Below are positions 8,649 through 18,894 of a stretch of DNA of 47,496 nucleotides, one piece after another. Source of the stretch: Gemmatimonadota bacterium (GTDB lineage: Bacteria > Gemmatimonadota > Gemmatimonadetes > Gemmatimonadales > GWC2-71-9). Numbering within the stretch: position 1 is the first letter of the stretch; the number at the start of each line of letters is the position of its first letter. Below the pieces are notes generated by a model. The model was not told the DNA's origin. It saw only the letters and a program-made list of their open reading frames with translations, and searched no databases. A program made the position numbers and the translations under genes. The stretch lies in NCBI GenBank assembly GCA_039588295.1, contig JBDHAB010000036.1, positions 1 to 47,496 of the forward strand, read 5' to 3'.

Positions 8649-11600
8649 ATGAGCAACTCACCAGACATCACCGGTCACGCCGCTTTGAGATTCGTTCCTC
8701 AGCTTCCCGCCGCGCTCCTTCTCGCTCTGGGTGCTGCGGCCTGCGAGCGCACAGGCTTGCCCGATCCCTCGTCGCCGACCTACGCCGAGACCGTTGTGGC
8801 TTTCTACCGGGGTGTGGCCGCCGCTCAGGTGGGCGAGAGCGGACTGGCCTCGGCAGCGTTTCAGCGCGTCACCGAACTCGTCCCCGGGGAGCCGGCCGGC
8901 TGGGCCAATTCTGGCCTGATCGCGCTCCAGCGGCGCGAGTTGGAACAGGCGGCCGATTGGCTGGAAGAGGCGCGCAAGCGGGCGCCGGAGAGCAGCCGCA
9001 TCCAGCTCGTCTCCGCGCTCGTCGAGCGTGAGCGGGGCCGCCTGGACACGGCTACGGAACACCTCCGCAGCGCCATCGAACTCGACCCCCGGAGCCTGCA
9101 CGCGCTCTATCTCCTGGCGCAGGTCGTTGAGCAGGAGGATCGCCCCGGGAGCGCGGTCGAGGCGCAACAGCTGATCGACCGGATCCTGGCCGTGGAGCCC
9201 GGGAATCTGGCCGGCCTGCTCGAGCGCGCGCGTCTCGCCGCCAAGTTGCGCGACATCGAGACACTGCACCAGACGCTCGACCGCATTGGAGCCCGTGCCG
9301 ATTCCCTGTCTTCGCCCCTCGTCGCCGAACTCGGCGCGGTGCGGACAGCCGGAGACACTGGGGAGTTCGGCCGCGCCGCCACGCTGATCGCGTTTCTGCA
9401 GACGGTGTTGCAGCGCCTGCCCGCCTACCGCGACGACCAGGACGCCGTGCTCATATCGCCGAGCCGAATGGACCTTCTACTCACGCGCTTCGTGCGCCTG
9501 CCGACCCCTTCCGCTCGGTCGGCACCGCCGGATACGGGTCTCAGGTTCGAGGCGGAGACGCTTTCGGTGGTTGAGGGACCCGTGGCGTGGGTGCGCACGC
9601 TGTGGCTCAGCGATGAGGCGCCGCTCGCATTGGTCGCCGCAAGTCGCGGGACCCTGTGGGTTTCCACCGAACCCGGTCAGGCTGAGGCGTTCGCTTTCCC
9701 GGGCGGCGCGTCCGCCGCGCCGCTCTCGCCATCAGCCGTCGCTCCCCTCGACTACAACTACGACTTCCGCATGGACCTCGTGCTGGTAGGTCCTGGTGGA
9801 GTTCGCCTGCTCCGTCAGGACGGGACCGGCTCCTTCACAGACGTGACCGGCGAGGCGCTCGCGCCCGCAATCGCTCGTGCCGCGTACGCCGGCGCCTGGG
9901 CCGCCGACCTGGACATGGAGGGCGACTTGGACCTCGTGCTCGCCGGAGTCGAGGGTACACCCGTCGTGCTGCGAAACCGGGGCGACGGGACATTCGAGCC
10001 CTATCCCGCCTTCGGCGGCGCGACCCGCCTGCGCGATTTCGTGTGGGCCGATCTGGATGCCGATGGTGACCCCGATGCGGCTCTCCTCGGTGCGGCGGGG
10101 CGGCTGCAGGTGTTCCTCAACCGGCGCTACCGCGTCCCCCAGTTCCAGCCACACCCACTGCCGGACACGCTCGGCTCCGTGCAAGCGATCGCCGTCGCCG
10201 ACCTAAACCAAGATGCCACCCTCGACCTGATCCTCCTCGGGGCGGACGGGACGCTGAGCCGCCTCTCGCTGGACGAGGCCGGTTGGGAAGGCCGAGTGCT
10301 CGCGCGGTGGCTGGACTTCTCTGCGGCCGGCGTCACAGCGACGCGGCTGTTCGTCGCCGACCTGGATAACAACGGCGACCTCGACCTGGTGGCCTCCACG
10401 CCTGAGGGCGCACGGGCGTGGCTGAGTACGGAGCCTGGTCTGCGGCCGCTCGCGCCGATCGATGTTCAGATCACGAGTGTCGCTGACATCAGCGGTGAAG
10501 GTCGCCTCGATCTGATCGCGGTGTCGTCGGACGGCGAATCGCGGTTGCTCGCAAACCAGGGCACCATGGACTATTACTCGGCGACCATCCGCCCGCGGGC
10601 AGCACAAACCACCGGTGATCGACGCATCAACTCGTTCGGCATTGGTGGCGAGATCGAGATCCGGGCGGGCCTGCTCTACCAGAAGCAGTTGATCGACGGC
10701 CCTACCGTCCACTTCGGAACGGGGGAATCTCCGCAAGTCGACGTCGCCCGCATCATCTGGCCGAACGGGACCGTCCAGCCCGAGTTCAATCTCGCCGCCA
10801 CCAACGAGACCATCATGACGCGCCAGCGGCTCAAGGGCTCGTGCCCCTGGGTGTTCACGTTCGACGGCGTGGAGATGCAATTCGTCACGGACTTCCTCTG
10901 GCGTACGGCACTCGGCCTGCGCATCAACGCGCAGGGGGACGCGGCGGTGATCCACAGCGAGGATTGGATCAAGATCCGGGGCGACCAGTTGGCTGCCCGC
11001 GACGGGTTCTACGACGTGCGCATCACGGGGGAGCTGTGGGAGACGCACTTCTTCGACCACGTCGCGCTGATGGTCGTCGACCATCCAAATGGCACTGAAG
11101 TGTTCGTCGACGAGCGCTTTACGCTTCCGGCGCCCGCGCCCGCCGTTCACGCAACACAACCGCTTCGCCCCGTAGCGCAGGCATGGGATCAGACGGGCCG
11201 CGACGTGACCGCACTTGTCCGAGTCCGCGACGAGCGCTTCTTGGACACGTTTGAATTGGGTCCCTATCAGGGCATCGCCGGCGAGCACTACGTGGAAGTC
11301 GCGCTCGGTGACGATGTTCCAACCGAGGGACCGCTCTGGCTAGTGGCATCCGGATGGGTGTATCCCACTGACGCCTCGATCAATGTCGCCGTCAGCCAGG
11401 GCGACAATCGATTGCCGCAGGGGCTGCGGCTGGAGGTGCCGGACGGCCAGGGGGGATGGGCGATTGTCGAGGCCGATCTCGGATTCCCGGCCGGGAAGAC
11501 GAAGACGATTCTCATCGACCTGCGGGACGTGTTCCGGCCCGGCACAGCGCGCCATGTGCGCCTCAGCACCAACATGGAGATCTATTGGGACCGGATTGCG

Positions 11601-12140
11601 TGGGCCGTGGGCCAGCCCGCGGCCCAGGTCACCCGTCGGCGGCTCCTCCCCGCGACTGCCGAGCTGCGGTATCGTGGCTTCTCGGAAGTGGCTCAGGCCA
11701 GCCGCACCGCACCCGAGCTACCCGACTACAACAGGATTGCCACCGCGGCACCGCTGTGGCGGGACCTCGTGGGCTTCCACACCCGCTTCGGCGACGTGCG
11801 GCCGTTGAACGAGGCGGTCGATGACCGGTATATCATCATGAACGCGGGAGATGAACTGGTCCTCCGGTTCCCGGCACTGCCTCCTCCGCCCAGTGGCTGG
11901 ACGCGCGACTTCGTGCTCATCGGCGACGGCTGGGTAAAAGACGGGGATTACAGCACTGGTTTCTCGACGACCGTCCTCCCGCTGCCATATCATGGGCTGG
12001 CTGACTATGCCCGCCCGCCGGGCCGCTTGGAGGATGATCCGGCGTACGGTCGCCACCCGGAAGACTGGAAGATCTTCCACACCCGCTATGTGACTCCGCG
12101 GGACTTCCATCGTGCACTCGCGCCCGAACGCCACCGCTGA
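8649..12140 (+). CDS. Lipoprotein with TPR region, FG-GAP repeats, ASPIC/UnbV-like domain and an unknown C-terminal (KGSCP...) domain
   Basis: Track ORF 8436..12140; probable ATG 8649 with lipobox LGAAA-C. TPR-like helices, several DxDxDGxxD repeats and VHFGTG...IIWPNG. Confidence 0.8.
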   Translation: MSNSPDITGHAALRFVPQLPAALLLALGAAACERTGLPDPSSPTYAETVVAFYRGVAAAQVGESGLASAAFQRVTELVPGEPAGWANSGLIALQRRELEQAADWLEEARKRAPESSRIQLVSALVERERGRLDTATEHLRSAIELDPRSLHALYLLAQVVEQEDRPGSAVEAQQLIDRILAVEPGNLAGLLERARLAAKLRDIETLHQTLDRIGARADSLSSPLVAELGAVRTAGDTGEFGRAATLIAFLQTVLQRLPAYRDDQDAVLISPSRMDLLLTRFVRLPTPSARSAPPDTGLRFEAETLSVVEGPVAWVRTLWLSDEAPLALVAASRGTLWVSTEPGQAEAFAFPGGASAAPLSPSAVAPLDYNYDFRMDLVLVGPGGVRLLRQDGTGSFTDVTGEALAPAIARAAYAGAWAADLDMEGDLDLVLAGVEGTPVVLRNRGDGTFEPYPAFGGATRLRDFVWADLDADGDPDAALLGAAGRLQVFLNRRYRVPQFQPHPLPDTLGSVQAIAVADLNQDATLDLILLGADGTLSRLSLDEAGWEGRVLARWLDFSAAGVTATRLFVADLDNNGDLDLVASTPEGARAWLSTEPGLRPLAPIDVQITSVADISGEGRLDLIAVSSDGESRLLANQGTMDYYSATIRPRAAQTTGDRRINSFGIGGEIEIRAGLLYQKQLIDGPTVHFGTGESPQVDVARIIWPNGTVQPEFNLAATNETIMTRQRLKGSCPWVFTFDGVEMQFVTDFLWRTALGLRINAQGDAAVIHSEDWIKIRGDQLAARDGFYDVRITGELWETHFFDHVALMVVDHPNGTEVFVDERFTLPAPAPAVHATQPLRPVAQAWDQTGRDVTALVRVRDERFLDTFELGPYQGIAGEHYVEVALGDDVPTEGPLWLVASGWVYPTDASINVAVSQGDNRLPQGLRLEVPDGQGGWAIVEADLGFPAGKTKTILIDLRDVFRPGTARHVRLSTNMEIYWDRIAWAVGQPAAQVTRRRLLPATAELRYRGFSEVAQASRTAPELPDYNRIATAAPLWRDLVGFHTRFGDVRPLNEAVDDRYIIMNAGDELVLRFPALPPPPSGWTRDFVLIGDGWVKDGDYSTGFSTTVLPLPYHGLADYARPPGRLEDDPAYGRHPEDWKIFHTRYVTPRDFHRALAPERHR

Positions 12141-13947
12141 GGGAGCTGCCGCGCCGCCACGTCGCCTCCTCCGCGTCCTAGCGGCCCTCGTCTTCCTCAC
12201 GCTCCTCGCCATGCCGCTTGCCGTTCGGCACTTCTCGTCGGCCTCCCAGGCCGCCGATGCCGGGCTGAGCGTGGCGGCGGCGATCGAACGGCATGGCTTC
12301 GCGCTCCGGGAGGTATCGGCCGCCGCCGGCATCCGGTTCAGCCACGAGCCGCCGGTGCTCGACCCCAAACTCGAGCCCATTATGCCGGCGGTGGCGGCGT
12401 ACGGCGCCGCCGTCTCGGTCATGGATTTCGACCGCGACGGCTGGCAGGACCTGTACGTGACGAATAGCGCGGTGGGTGGCCACAACGCGCTCTACCGCAA
12501 TAGGCGCGACGGCACCTTCGAGGATGTGGCCGCTCGGCTGGGTGTGGCGAATGTGAATCAGCGAGCCACCGGCGTCTCGATGGGTGCTGTCTGGGGCGAC
12601 TACGATAACGACGGCTATGAAGACCTGTTCCTCTACAGATGGGGTCGCCCCGAGCTGTTCCACAACGACGGCGGCCGGGGCCTCACGCGCGTCACCGAGC
12701 GCGCTCACCTCCCTGCCTGGATCAACGCCAACACGGCCGTCTGGTTCGACTACGACCGCGATGGCTGGCTCGATGTCTTCGTGGGCTGCTTCTACCCTGC
12801 GGATCTAGATCTGTGGAATCTGGCACACACTCGCATGATGCCGGAGAGCTTCGAATACGCGCAGAACGGCGGGCGCAACTACCTCTTCCGCAATCGCGGC
12901 GATGGCACCTTCGAAGAGGTCGGGGAGGCCGCGGGTCTGACCAGCAGGCGGTGGACGCTCGCCGCCGCGACGGCGGATGTGGACCGTGATGGGGATCCGG
13001 ATCTCTTCGTAGCCAACGATTTCGGAGTCAACGAGCTCTATCTCAACGAGGGAGGGCGTCGCTTCCGCGAGATCGGCCGCGCGGCAAACGTGGCCCGCAC
13101 TCCGAAGAGCGGCATGAACGCCTCGTTCGGGGACGTGTTCAACGGGGGCGAGTGGGCTCTCTACGTGAGCAACATCTCGGAGCCCGGGGTGCTCATCCAC
13201 GGCAACGACCTGTGGGTGCCCACGCATCGGCCCGGCGAGGACCCCAGCTATCGGAACCTGGCCGGTGCCACGGGCGTCGAGCTGGCTGGCTTTGCCTTCG
13301 GCGCCCAGTTCGGCGACTTGAACAACGACGGTTGGCTCGATCTCTTCGTGACGAACGGCTTCTTCTCCGGCGAAACGCGCGAGAGCTACTGGTACGATTA
13401 CTCCATGGTCGCCGGTAGCCATCGCAACATCATCGCCGATGCGCGCAATTGGCCGGCCATGCGCGGCCGTAGTCTCTCCGGCCATCAGGAGGACCGCGTG
13501 TGGCTAAACGACGGCGCAGGCCGCTTCCACGACGTCACACGGGCGGTCAGGGTCGTCAACGCGTACGATGGGCGCGCGGTGGCGTTCGCCGATCTCTGGA
13601 ACCGGGGCGCGCTGGACGCCGTGGTGGCGCACCAGCGTGGACCGCTCCTGATCTACGAGAATACGGTCACCCCGCAGCACGGCTGGATCGCGTTCGCGTT
13701 AAAGGGCACGCGGAGCAACCGGAGCGCGATCGGAGCGGAGATCCGCCTCTATTGGGCAGGCATGGAGCAGGTGCAGCAGATCGAAGGCGGTAACGGGTTC
13801 GCCGCGCAGAACCAGCGCCGTGTACACTTTGGGCTCGGCCCAGCGTCACGCGTCGACTCAGTCGTGATCCGCTGGCCCTCCGACATCGTGCAGACGATTC
13901 CGACGCCCCGCATCAACACCCTGCACGACATTACGGAGCCTGAGTGA
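12112..13947 (+). CDS. CRTAC1/UnbV-like protein (FG-GAP repeats + ASPIC/UnbV)
   Basis: DFDRDGWQDL, DYDNDGYEDL and DLNNDGWLDL repeats; C-terminal NRSAIGA...RVHFGLG...IRWPS; N-terminal TM anchor. Confidence 0.88.
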   Translation: MHSRPNATAEGAAAPPRRLLRVLAALVFLTLLAMPLAVRHFSSASQAADAGLSVAAAIERHGFALREVSAAAGIRFSHEPPVLDPKLEPIMPAVAAYGAAVSVMDFDRDGWQDLYVTNSAVGGHNALYRNRRDGTFEDVAARLGVANVNQRATGVSMGAVWGDYDNDGYEDLFLYRWGRPELFHNDGGRGLTRVTERAHLPAWINANTAVWFDYDRDGWLDVFVGCFYPADLDLWNLAHTRMMPESFEYAQNGGRNYLFRNRGDGTFEEVGEAAGLTSRRWTLAAATADVDRDGDPDLFVANDFGVNELYLNEGGRRFREIGRAANVARTPKSGMNASFGDVFNGGEWALYVSNISEPGVLIHGNDLWVPTHRPGEDPSYRNLAGATGVELAGFAFGAQFGDLNNDGWLDLFVTNGFFSGETRESYWYDYSMVAGSHRNIIADARNWPAMRGRSLSGHQEDRVWLNDGAGRFHDVTRAVRVVNAYDGRAVAFADLWNRGALDAVVAHQRGPLLIYENTVTPQHGWIAFALKGTRSNRSAIGAEIRLYWAGMEQVQQIEGGNGFAAQNQRRVHFGLGPASRVDSVVIRWPSDIVQTIPTPRINTLHDITEPE

Positions 13948-14765
13948 GGTACGACCGGCGCCTGACGGCTCCCCTCCTCATCACGTTCATCCTGATCGCC
14001 GCCCACTGGTCGTACGGAGTGCTGCGCGGGTACGAGGCGATCGCCCTCGCCGTCCTCTCGGCCATTGCGACCGAGTTCTCGCTGCGGCGGATCCTCACGG
14101 GTCAACGGCCTCAGCTCGCCAGCGCATACATCTCCGGCATCAGCGTAGCCATCCTCGTGCGTTCGCCCGTGCTGTGGCCCTACGCGCTCGGGGGTGTGCT
14201 CTCCATCATGTCGAAGTACGTCCTGCAAATGAAAGGGCGGCACCTTTGGAACCCATCCAATTTCGGCATCTGCGCTCTGCTTTTCCTGGCACCGTTCGCC
14301 GTGGCGCCGTTGAGCGTGCAGTGGGGGAACGACCTGTGGCCGATGCTCGTCATCTGGGTGGTGGGACTGATCACGATTTGGCGGGCCAAGCGCGCGCATA
14401 TCACGCTGGCCTACGTGGTGTCCTTCTTCCTCTTCGCCTTCGTCCGAAGTCTGATCACAGACAGCTCGTACGTGACCGAGGTCGCACCGATTACCGGTCC
14501 CATGTACCAGCTCTTCGCGCTGTTCATGATTACGGACCCGAAGACCACCGTGTCGTCCACGTGGGGCGCTGTCACGGTCGCATGCTTGGTTGCGTTCGTG
14601 GAGATGCTCTTACGGCTGGCCGAGGTGATCTATGCGCCGTTCTACGCGCTCTTTCTCGTGGGGCCGGTTGCGCTGCTCATCGAGATGTGGTGGATCACTC
14701 GTGTGAAGGCAAGGCAACCTGATGCGGGGCAACCCACTCCTTCCCCCCGCATCAGGGCGCGTTGA
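13944..14765 (+). CDS. UnbU-like / RnfD-NqrB-related integral membrane protein
   Basis: GTGA overlap with the upstream stop. SAYISGISVAILVRS, SKY...HLWNPSNFG and FMITDPKT motifs; hydrophobic throughout. Confidence 0.75.
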   Translation: MRYDRRLTAPLLITFILIAAHWSYGVLRGYEAIALAVLSAIATEFSLRRILTGQRPQLASAYISGISVAILVRSPVLWPYALGGVLSIMSKYVLQMKGRHLWNPSNFGICALLFLAPFAVAPLSVQWGNDLWPMLVIWVVGLITIWRAKRAHITLAYVVSFFLFAFVRSLITDSSYVTEVAPITGPMYQLFALFMITDPKTTVSSTWGAVTVACLVAFVEMLLRLAEVIYAPFYALFLVGPVALLIEMWWITRVKARQPDAGQPTPSPRIRAR

Positions 14766-17700
14766 TCAAATCGGCCCGGTAAGGGGAGCGTAGTGGGCGG
14801 AGGATTTGGAGTGTGTTGTCGTTCCGCGCCACGACGATCAGTTGGCCGCCGTCCGCATGCTGTAGCAACTCCAAGTCCCTTACCTGGCCGTCGATCACCA
14901 AATTGCCTGCCTCCAGGTCGACTGCTGCCAAACCGCCTGCTCCGTTTCCCCGAAGCAACAGACCGTAGCTGGCATCGTACCGCCCGCGCACGGGCGGGAC
15001 CCCAAAGAAGTTGCCGGCGACGACGACATCGGTGTGCCCGTCGCCGTCGAAGTCTCCAGGCAGCGCAGCATAGATCGGAGCGAATTGGGCTTCGGTGGGG
15101 AGGGGCGTGAGGTCGAAGGAACCGTCGCCGTTGTTCAGGGCCACGGAGCTGGCAAAAAGATGCGCTTCCCGCACCTCTGCCTGTCGCAGTGCCGACCTTG
15201 GGAAGATGTCCTGGATCCGGCTGGCACCGAAATCGGCGTAAGAGGTGTACCGGTCGCGCAACTGCGGAATCGCGCGGACCAACTCGTCCCGACCTGCTAG
15301 CGGGTAGCTCACGCCGTTCTTGTAGAACGTCAGAATCTGCTCCGGCGCGCCGTTCTGAGAGAAATCATGGATGTACAGCCGCGCGGGTTCGTCGCGTGAT
15401 GCCTGGATAAGGGAGTTCAGTCCCAGGTTCCCCAGAACGAGATCAGGGAACCCGTCTGCCTGCAGGTCGGCCACCGTCACGCTATTCCACCAGCCGTTCG
15501 TTTGCGAGAACCCCGCCTCGGCGGTGCGTTCCACGAAACGGCCATCCTGCTGCCGAAAAACGCGAATCGGCATCCATTCCCCGACGACGATCAGGTCGAG
15601 CTGACCGTCATCGTCGTAGTCCAGCCACGCGGCCGAGGAAACCATGCCAACTTCGGCCAACGCCTCCGCTTTCTCGACGGTCACGTCGCGGAACTGCCCC
15701 GTGCCATCATTCTGTAGTAAGTGATTTCGCGGGGTGAGGCCGTAGCGCCGGGACACTACCCGGCCGCCGACAAAGAGATCGAGATCACCGTCCCCGTCGA
15801 AGTCGCCCGGCACCACGCAGGAGCCATTCTCGAAAAATGGCGGCAGGGCATCTCCGTCTCGCTCAAACCCACCCTGCCCATCGTTGACGTACAGCCGATC
15901 CCGCAGGGCCTCGTGATCTCCCCAGAACTCGTTCCCGGCGCTGACGACGTAGAGATCCTCATGTCCGTCGCCGTTGGCATCGAAGAAAACCGCGTCCACG
16001 TCTTCTTGCAGGCTGTCGGCCTGAAACACGCGCTCACCGGTGCGGCGGAAGCTGCCGTCTCGTCCCTGCACCAGGAGCTGCCCGGCCTGCCACTTGGCGC
16101 CGCCGACGTAGAGATCGTCCAGCCCATCGCCATTCACGTCACCGACGGCCAGCGCCGGTCCTTCGGTAGACAGTTGGTGCGGGATGAGCGGCTCGCTGGT
16201 GTAGTCGAAGAACCTGTTCTCGTCATGTTTGTAGTCGATGGCCAGCTGATTCGTGAGCGCCTCGAAGAGCGGCTCTGCTGTCGGTTCGTGCTGGTACACA
16301 TGCCGGCCCGCAGCATCGTCCTGTGAGAGCGTGATTGCCTGGTCGACCGCCACATCTCGCAGCACCTGATAGCGATGATCCGGCCAGATGACGATCAGCG
16401 AATCGAGCTGCAGGGAAGCCCCCAACCCGAAATGGAGCCTCGGGTCAACGGACGATTGGAAGCCGCGGGTTGGCATCTGTTCCAGCAGCTGCATGATGCC
16501 GTCATGTTCGATGATGACCTTCGTGCCGATGCCGCTCGTATTCGCTCCCGATCCCTCGAGACGCACGGTCAGGTAGTGGTGGCCATTGATCTCGCGCGCA
16601 CGGTTTCGGTAGATCGCGGCGGGCTCGTTGATGTTGTTCATTACCAGATCGAGCGCGCCGTCGTTGTTCAGGTCCACGTAGACGGCGCCGGTCGAGAACC
16701 CCGGCTGCGCCAGGCCCCACGCCTCGGCCCTGTTCGTGAACGTCAGATCCCCGTTGTTGCGATATGCGTAGTTGGGAATCGGGATCTGGGGCATCTTCTC
16801 CTGAAGCGTCGCCAGGAGCTCTTCGGTAACCCCGTCCGCCAGTGATGCTTGAACCTCCCGGTCGGCCACGTAGCTGATGTAGTCCAGGTCGTTCGGCCGC
16901 CGGTAGATTCCGTTCGTGACGAGAAGATCCTTGTCACCATCGTTGTCCAGGTCGGCGAAGAGCGGCGTCCAACTCCAGTCGGTCGCATACACACCGGCTA
17001 GGTAGCCAATCTCGCTGAATCTGCCCCGGCCGCGGTTCACCTGCAGTGTGTTCCGCACGTACTGGGGGTGGTAGCCGGCATCGAGCTTCATCTGAGCGAT
17101 GTGCAAGTCTTCGGCACTGACGGCGCTCTTGAGCACGTCCTCGCGCTCGGGAAGCATGTCGAGAACCACGAGGTCCGGTCTGCCGTCGTTCGTAAAGTCA
17201 GCGGCATCCACGCCCATAGAAGACAGGCTGGTATGCCCTGTGGAGGTAGTAATAGACTCGGTGAACGTGCCGTCGCAGTTGTTGAAGTAGAGGAAGTCGC
17301 TCTCGTGGAAATCGTTGGCCACGAAGATGTCGGGACAGCCATCGACATTCAGGTCACTGACGATCACACCCAGACCGTACCCTTGGACGCCGCCGTAGAT
17401 GCCGGACGCTTGGCTGACATCCACGAAGCGGTTACCGTCGTTCCTGAAGAGGCGATCGCCCGCTCTCGGATGTCGCGTCTCGCGCTGCGGATCCCAGACT
17501 CTCCCGCGCTCCTCATGGGTCGAATGGTTCACGAGGTACATGTCCAGGTCGCCGTCCCCGTCATAATCGAAGAAGGCAGCCTGGGTCGAATAGCCGACGT
17601 GCTCGAGCCCGTATTCCGCAGTCCGATCCGTGAACGTGCCGTTGCCGTCATTGATGTACAGCACGTTCCCGCCGCGCAGCGTGAGATGAGTGACGGTCGA

Positions 17701-18120
17701 TACGTAGATGTCGAGGTGTCCGTCGCCGTTGAGGTCGGCCATCGTGGCGCCGGTCGTCCAGCCCTGCTCCTCGCCCACGCCGGCCCGCTCCGTGATGTCC
17801 TCGAACCGGTAGTCGCCGTTGTTGCGATAGAGTCGGTCGGGACCGAGGTTCGATGTGAAATACAAGTCTGCCAGGCCGTCGCCATCAACGTCGCCAGCGG
17901 CCACGCCCCCGCCGTTGTAGTAGTTCAGATAATTGATGATGTTGATCTCTGGTGTTTCCGGTAGCTCATTGATGAACGTGACTCCGGTCCTCTGCGCGGG
18001 GAGAAGCTCGAACAGGGGCGGGGAGTGCTCCAGCCGGTCACAGCCGGTGAGCACCAAGATGCCGGCTGCGAGGAGGCGACGAGCGTTCACCGCAGAGATC
18101 GCGGAGATCGCAAACGTCAT
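14752..18120 (-). CDS. Large VCBS/FG-GAP repeat, ASPIC/UnbV-domain lipoprotein
   Basis: [16 protein letters not shown], many DxDxDG repeats, [16 protein letters not shown] and lipobox LTG-C. Start is ATG 18120 (overlapping the upstream stop) or GTG 18090. Confidence 0.88.
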   Translation of the reverse strand: MTFAISAISAVNARRLLAAGILVLTGCDRLEHSPPLFELLPAQRTGVTFINELPETPEINIINYLNYYNGGGVAAGDVDGDGLADLYFTSNLGPDRLYRNNGDYRFEDITERAGVGEEQGWTTGATMADLNGDGHLDIYVSTVTHLTLRGGNVLYINDGNGTFTDRTAEYGLEHVGYSTQAAFFDYDGDGDLDMYLVNHSTHEERGRVWDPQRETRHPRAGDRLFRNDGNRFVDVSQASGIYGGVQGYGLGVIVSDLNVDGCPDIFVANDFHESDFLYFNNCDGTFTESITTSTGHTSLSSMGVDAADFTNDGRPDLVVLDMLPEREDVLKSAVSAEDLHIAQMKLDAGYHPQYVRNTLQVNRGRGRFSEIGYLAGVYATDWSWTPLFADLDNDGDKDLLVTNGIYRRPNDLDYISYVADREVQASLADGVTEELLATLQEKMPQIPIPNYAYRNNGDLTFTNRAEAWGLAQPGFSTGAVYVDLNNDGALDLVMNNINEPAAIYRNRAREINGHHYLTVRLEGSGANTSGIGTKVIIEHDGIMQLLEQMPTRGFQSSVDPRLHFGLGASLQLDSLIVIWPDHRYQVLRDVAVDQAITLSQDDAAGRHVYQHEPTAEPLFEALTNQLAIDYKHDENRFFDYTSEPLIPHQLSTEGPALAVGDVNGDGLDDLYVGGAKWQAGQLLVQGRDGSFRRTGERVFQADSLQEDVDAVFFDANGDGHEDLYVVSAGNEFWGDHEALRDRLYVNDGQGGFERDGDALPPFFENGSCVVPGDFDGDGDLDLFVGGRVVSRRYGLTPRNHLLQNDGTGQFRDVTVEKAEALAEVGMVSSAAWLDYDDDGQLDLIVVGEWMPIRVFRQQDGRFVERTAEAGFSQTNGWWNSVTVADLQADGFPDLVLGNLGLNSLIQASRDEPARLYIHDFSQNGAPEQILTFYKNGVSYPLAGRDELVRAIPQLRDRYTSYADFGASRIQDIFPRSALRQAEVREAHLFASSVALNNGDGSFDLTPLPTEAQFAPIYAALPGDFDGDGHTDVVVAGNFFGVPPVRGRYDASYGLLLRGNGAGGLAAVDLEAGNLVIDGQVRDLELLQHADGGQLIVVARNDNTLQILRPLRSPYRADLINAP
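18086..18106 (+). repeat. GxxExxY-flanking repeat, copy a (TTCACCGCAGAGATCGCGGAG)
   Basis: Perfect 21-bp inverted match to 18321-18341. Confidence 0.9.
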
Positions 18121-18311
18121 TCGGGAAGCTCGTTGACGAAGCACGGGAGCCCTCTCGTCAGTGCATTCCGGCGCTCGATGTGCCGCTTTCGCTGGGCTAA
18201 CTCGCGCGACAGGCATGCTTCATATGCGGACTCCAGCAGACCAGGTCCCAACACACGGCGGACTTGGATCGCAGCCCCGATGATCTGCTCCGTGACCCCA
18301 TTAACATTCAT
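18117..18311 (-). pseudogene. Internally deleted copy of the GxxExxY gene (64 aa)
   Basis: [34 protein letters not shown]...ERRNAL|TRG...VNELPE aligns to the adjacent full copy with an in-frame loss of 63 codons, including IDLLVE/VELKA. Confidence 0.85.
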
Positions 18312-18320
18312 CTCTGCGTC

Positions 18321-18341
18321 CTCCGCGATCTCTGCGGTGAA
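18321..18341 (-). repeat. GxxExxY-flanking repeat, copy b
   Basis: CTCCGCGATCTCTGCGGTGAA, the inverse of copy a. Confidence 0.9.
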
Positions 18342-18384
18342 TGAATGCGCAGCACTGCGTTTCATAGATGCGGTGCGAGCGGTA

Positions 18385-18402
18385 ACCGCAGAGAACGCGG
18401 AG
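18385..18402 (+). repeat. GxxExxY-flanking repeat, copy c
   Basis: ACCGCAGAGAACGCGGAG, one mismatch to copy a. Confidence 0.85.
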
Positions 18403-18412
18403 ATCGGAGAGG

Positions 18413-18796
18413 TCATTCGGGGAGCTTGTTGACGAGGCGCCGAACGCCTCTGGTAAGTTGTTTGACGTTGAAGTTGATGAGCAGGCCGACGCGACACCCG
18501 GAGAGCTTCAAATAAGAGAGTAGTTGGGCCTCATGAATAGGCTCGATACGGCTCACCGCCTTGAGCTCGACAATCACCTCGCGTTCCACCAGCAGGTCGA
18601 TGCGATAACCGCAATCGATGCGGACCCCTTTGTAGCTCACTGGCAGTGCCTTCTGCCGTTCGGCTCGAAGGTTTCGCTCAGCCAACCCGTGTGCCAGGCA
18701 CGCCTCATATGCGGACTCCAGCAGACCAGGCCCCAGCGCACGGTGGACTTGGACCGCGGCCCCGATGATCTGCTCCGTGATCTTGTTCACGTTCAT
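18413..18796 (-). CDS. GxxExxY protein (PD-(D/E)XK nuclease-like family), 127 aa
   Basis: [39 protein letters not shown] and GLLINF motifs; start ATG 18796. Confidence 0.93.
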   Translation of the reverse strand: MNVNKITEQIIGAAVQVHRALGPGLLESAYEACLAHGLAERNLRAERQKALPVSYKGVRIDCGYRIDLLVEREVIVELKAVSRIEPIHEAQLLSYLKLSGCRVGLLINFNVKQLTRGVRRLVNKLPE

Positions 18797-18805
18797 CTCG
18801 GCGTC

Positions 18806-18825
18806 CTCCGCGATCTCTGCGGTGA
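18806..18825 (-). repeat. GxxExxY-flanking repeat, copy d
   Basis: CTCCGCGATCTCTGCGGTGA, the inverse of copies a/c. Confidence 0.88.
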
Positions 18826-18894
18826 GTACCGCACCGCTCCTCCGGGGGAGTGTACTAGCGATGGATGCAATCCGGGACATGGAAATCACCACCG

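Noticed and set aside
12112..14765. Enediyne biosynthetic cluster
   Set aside because: No pksE, thioesterase or UnbL-like gene in the window.
18086..18825. Four-copy repeat as a CRISPR array
   Set aside because: Copies alternate in orientation, spacing is irregular and encloses genes; no cas genes.
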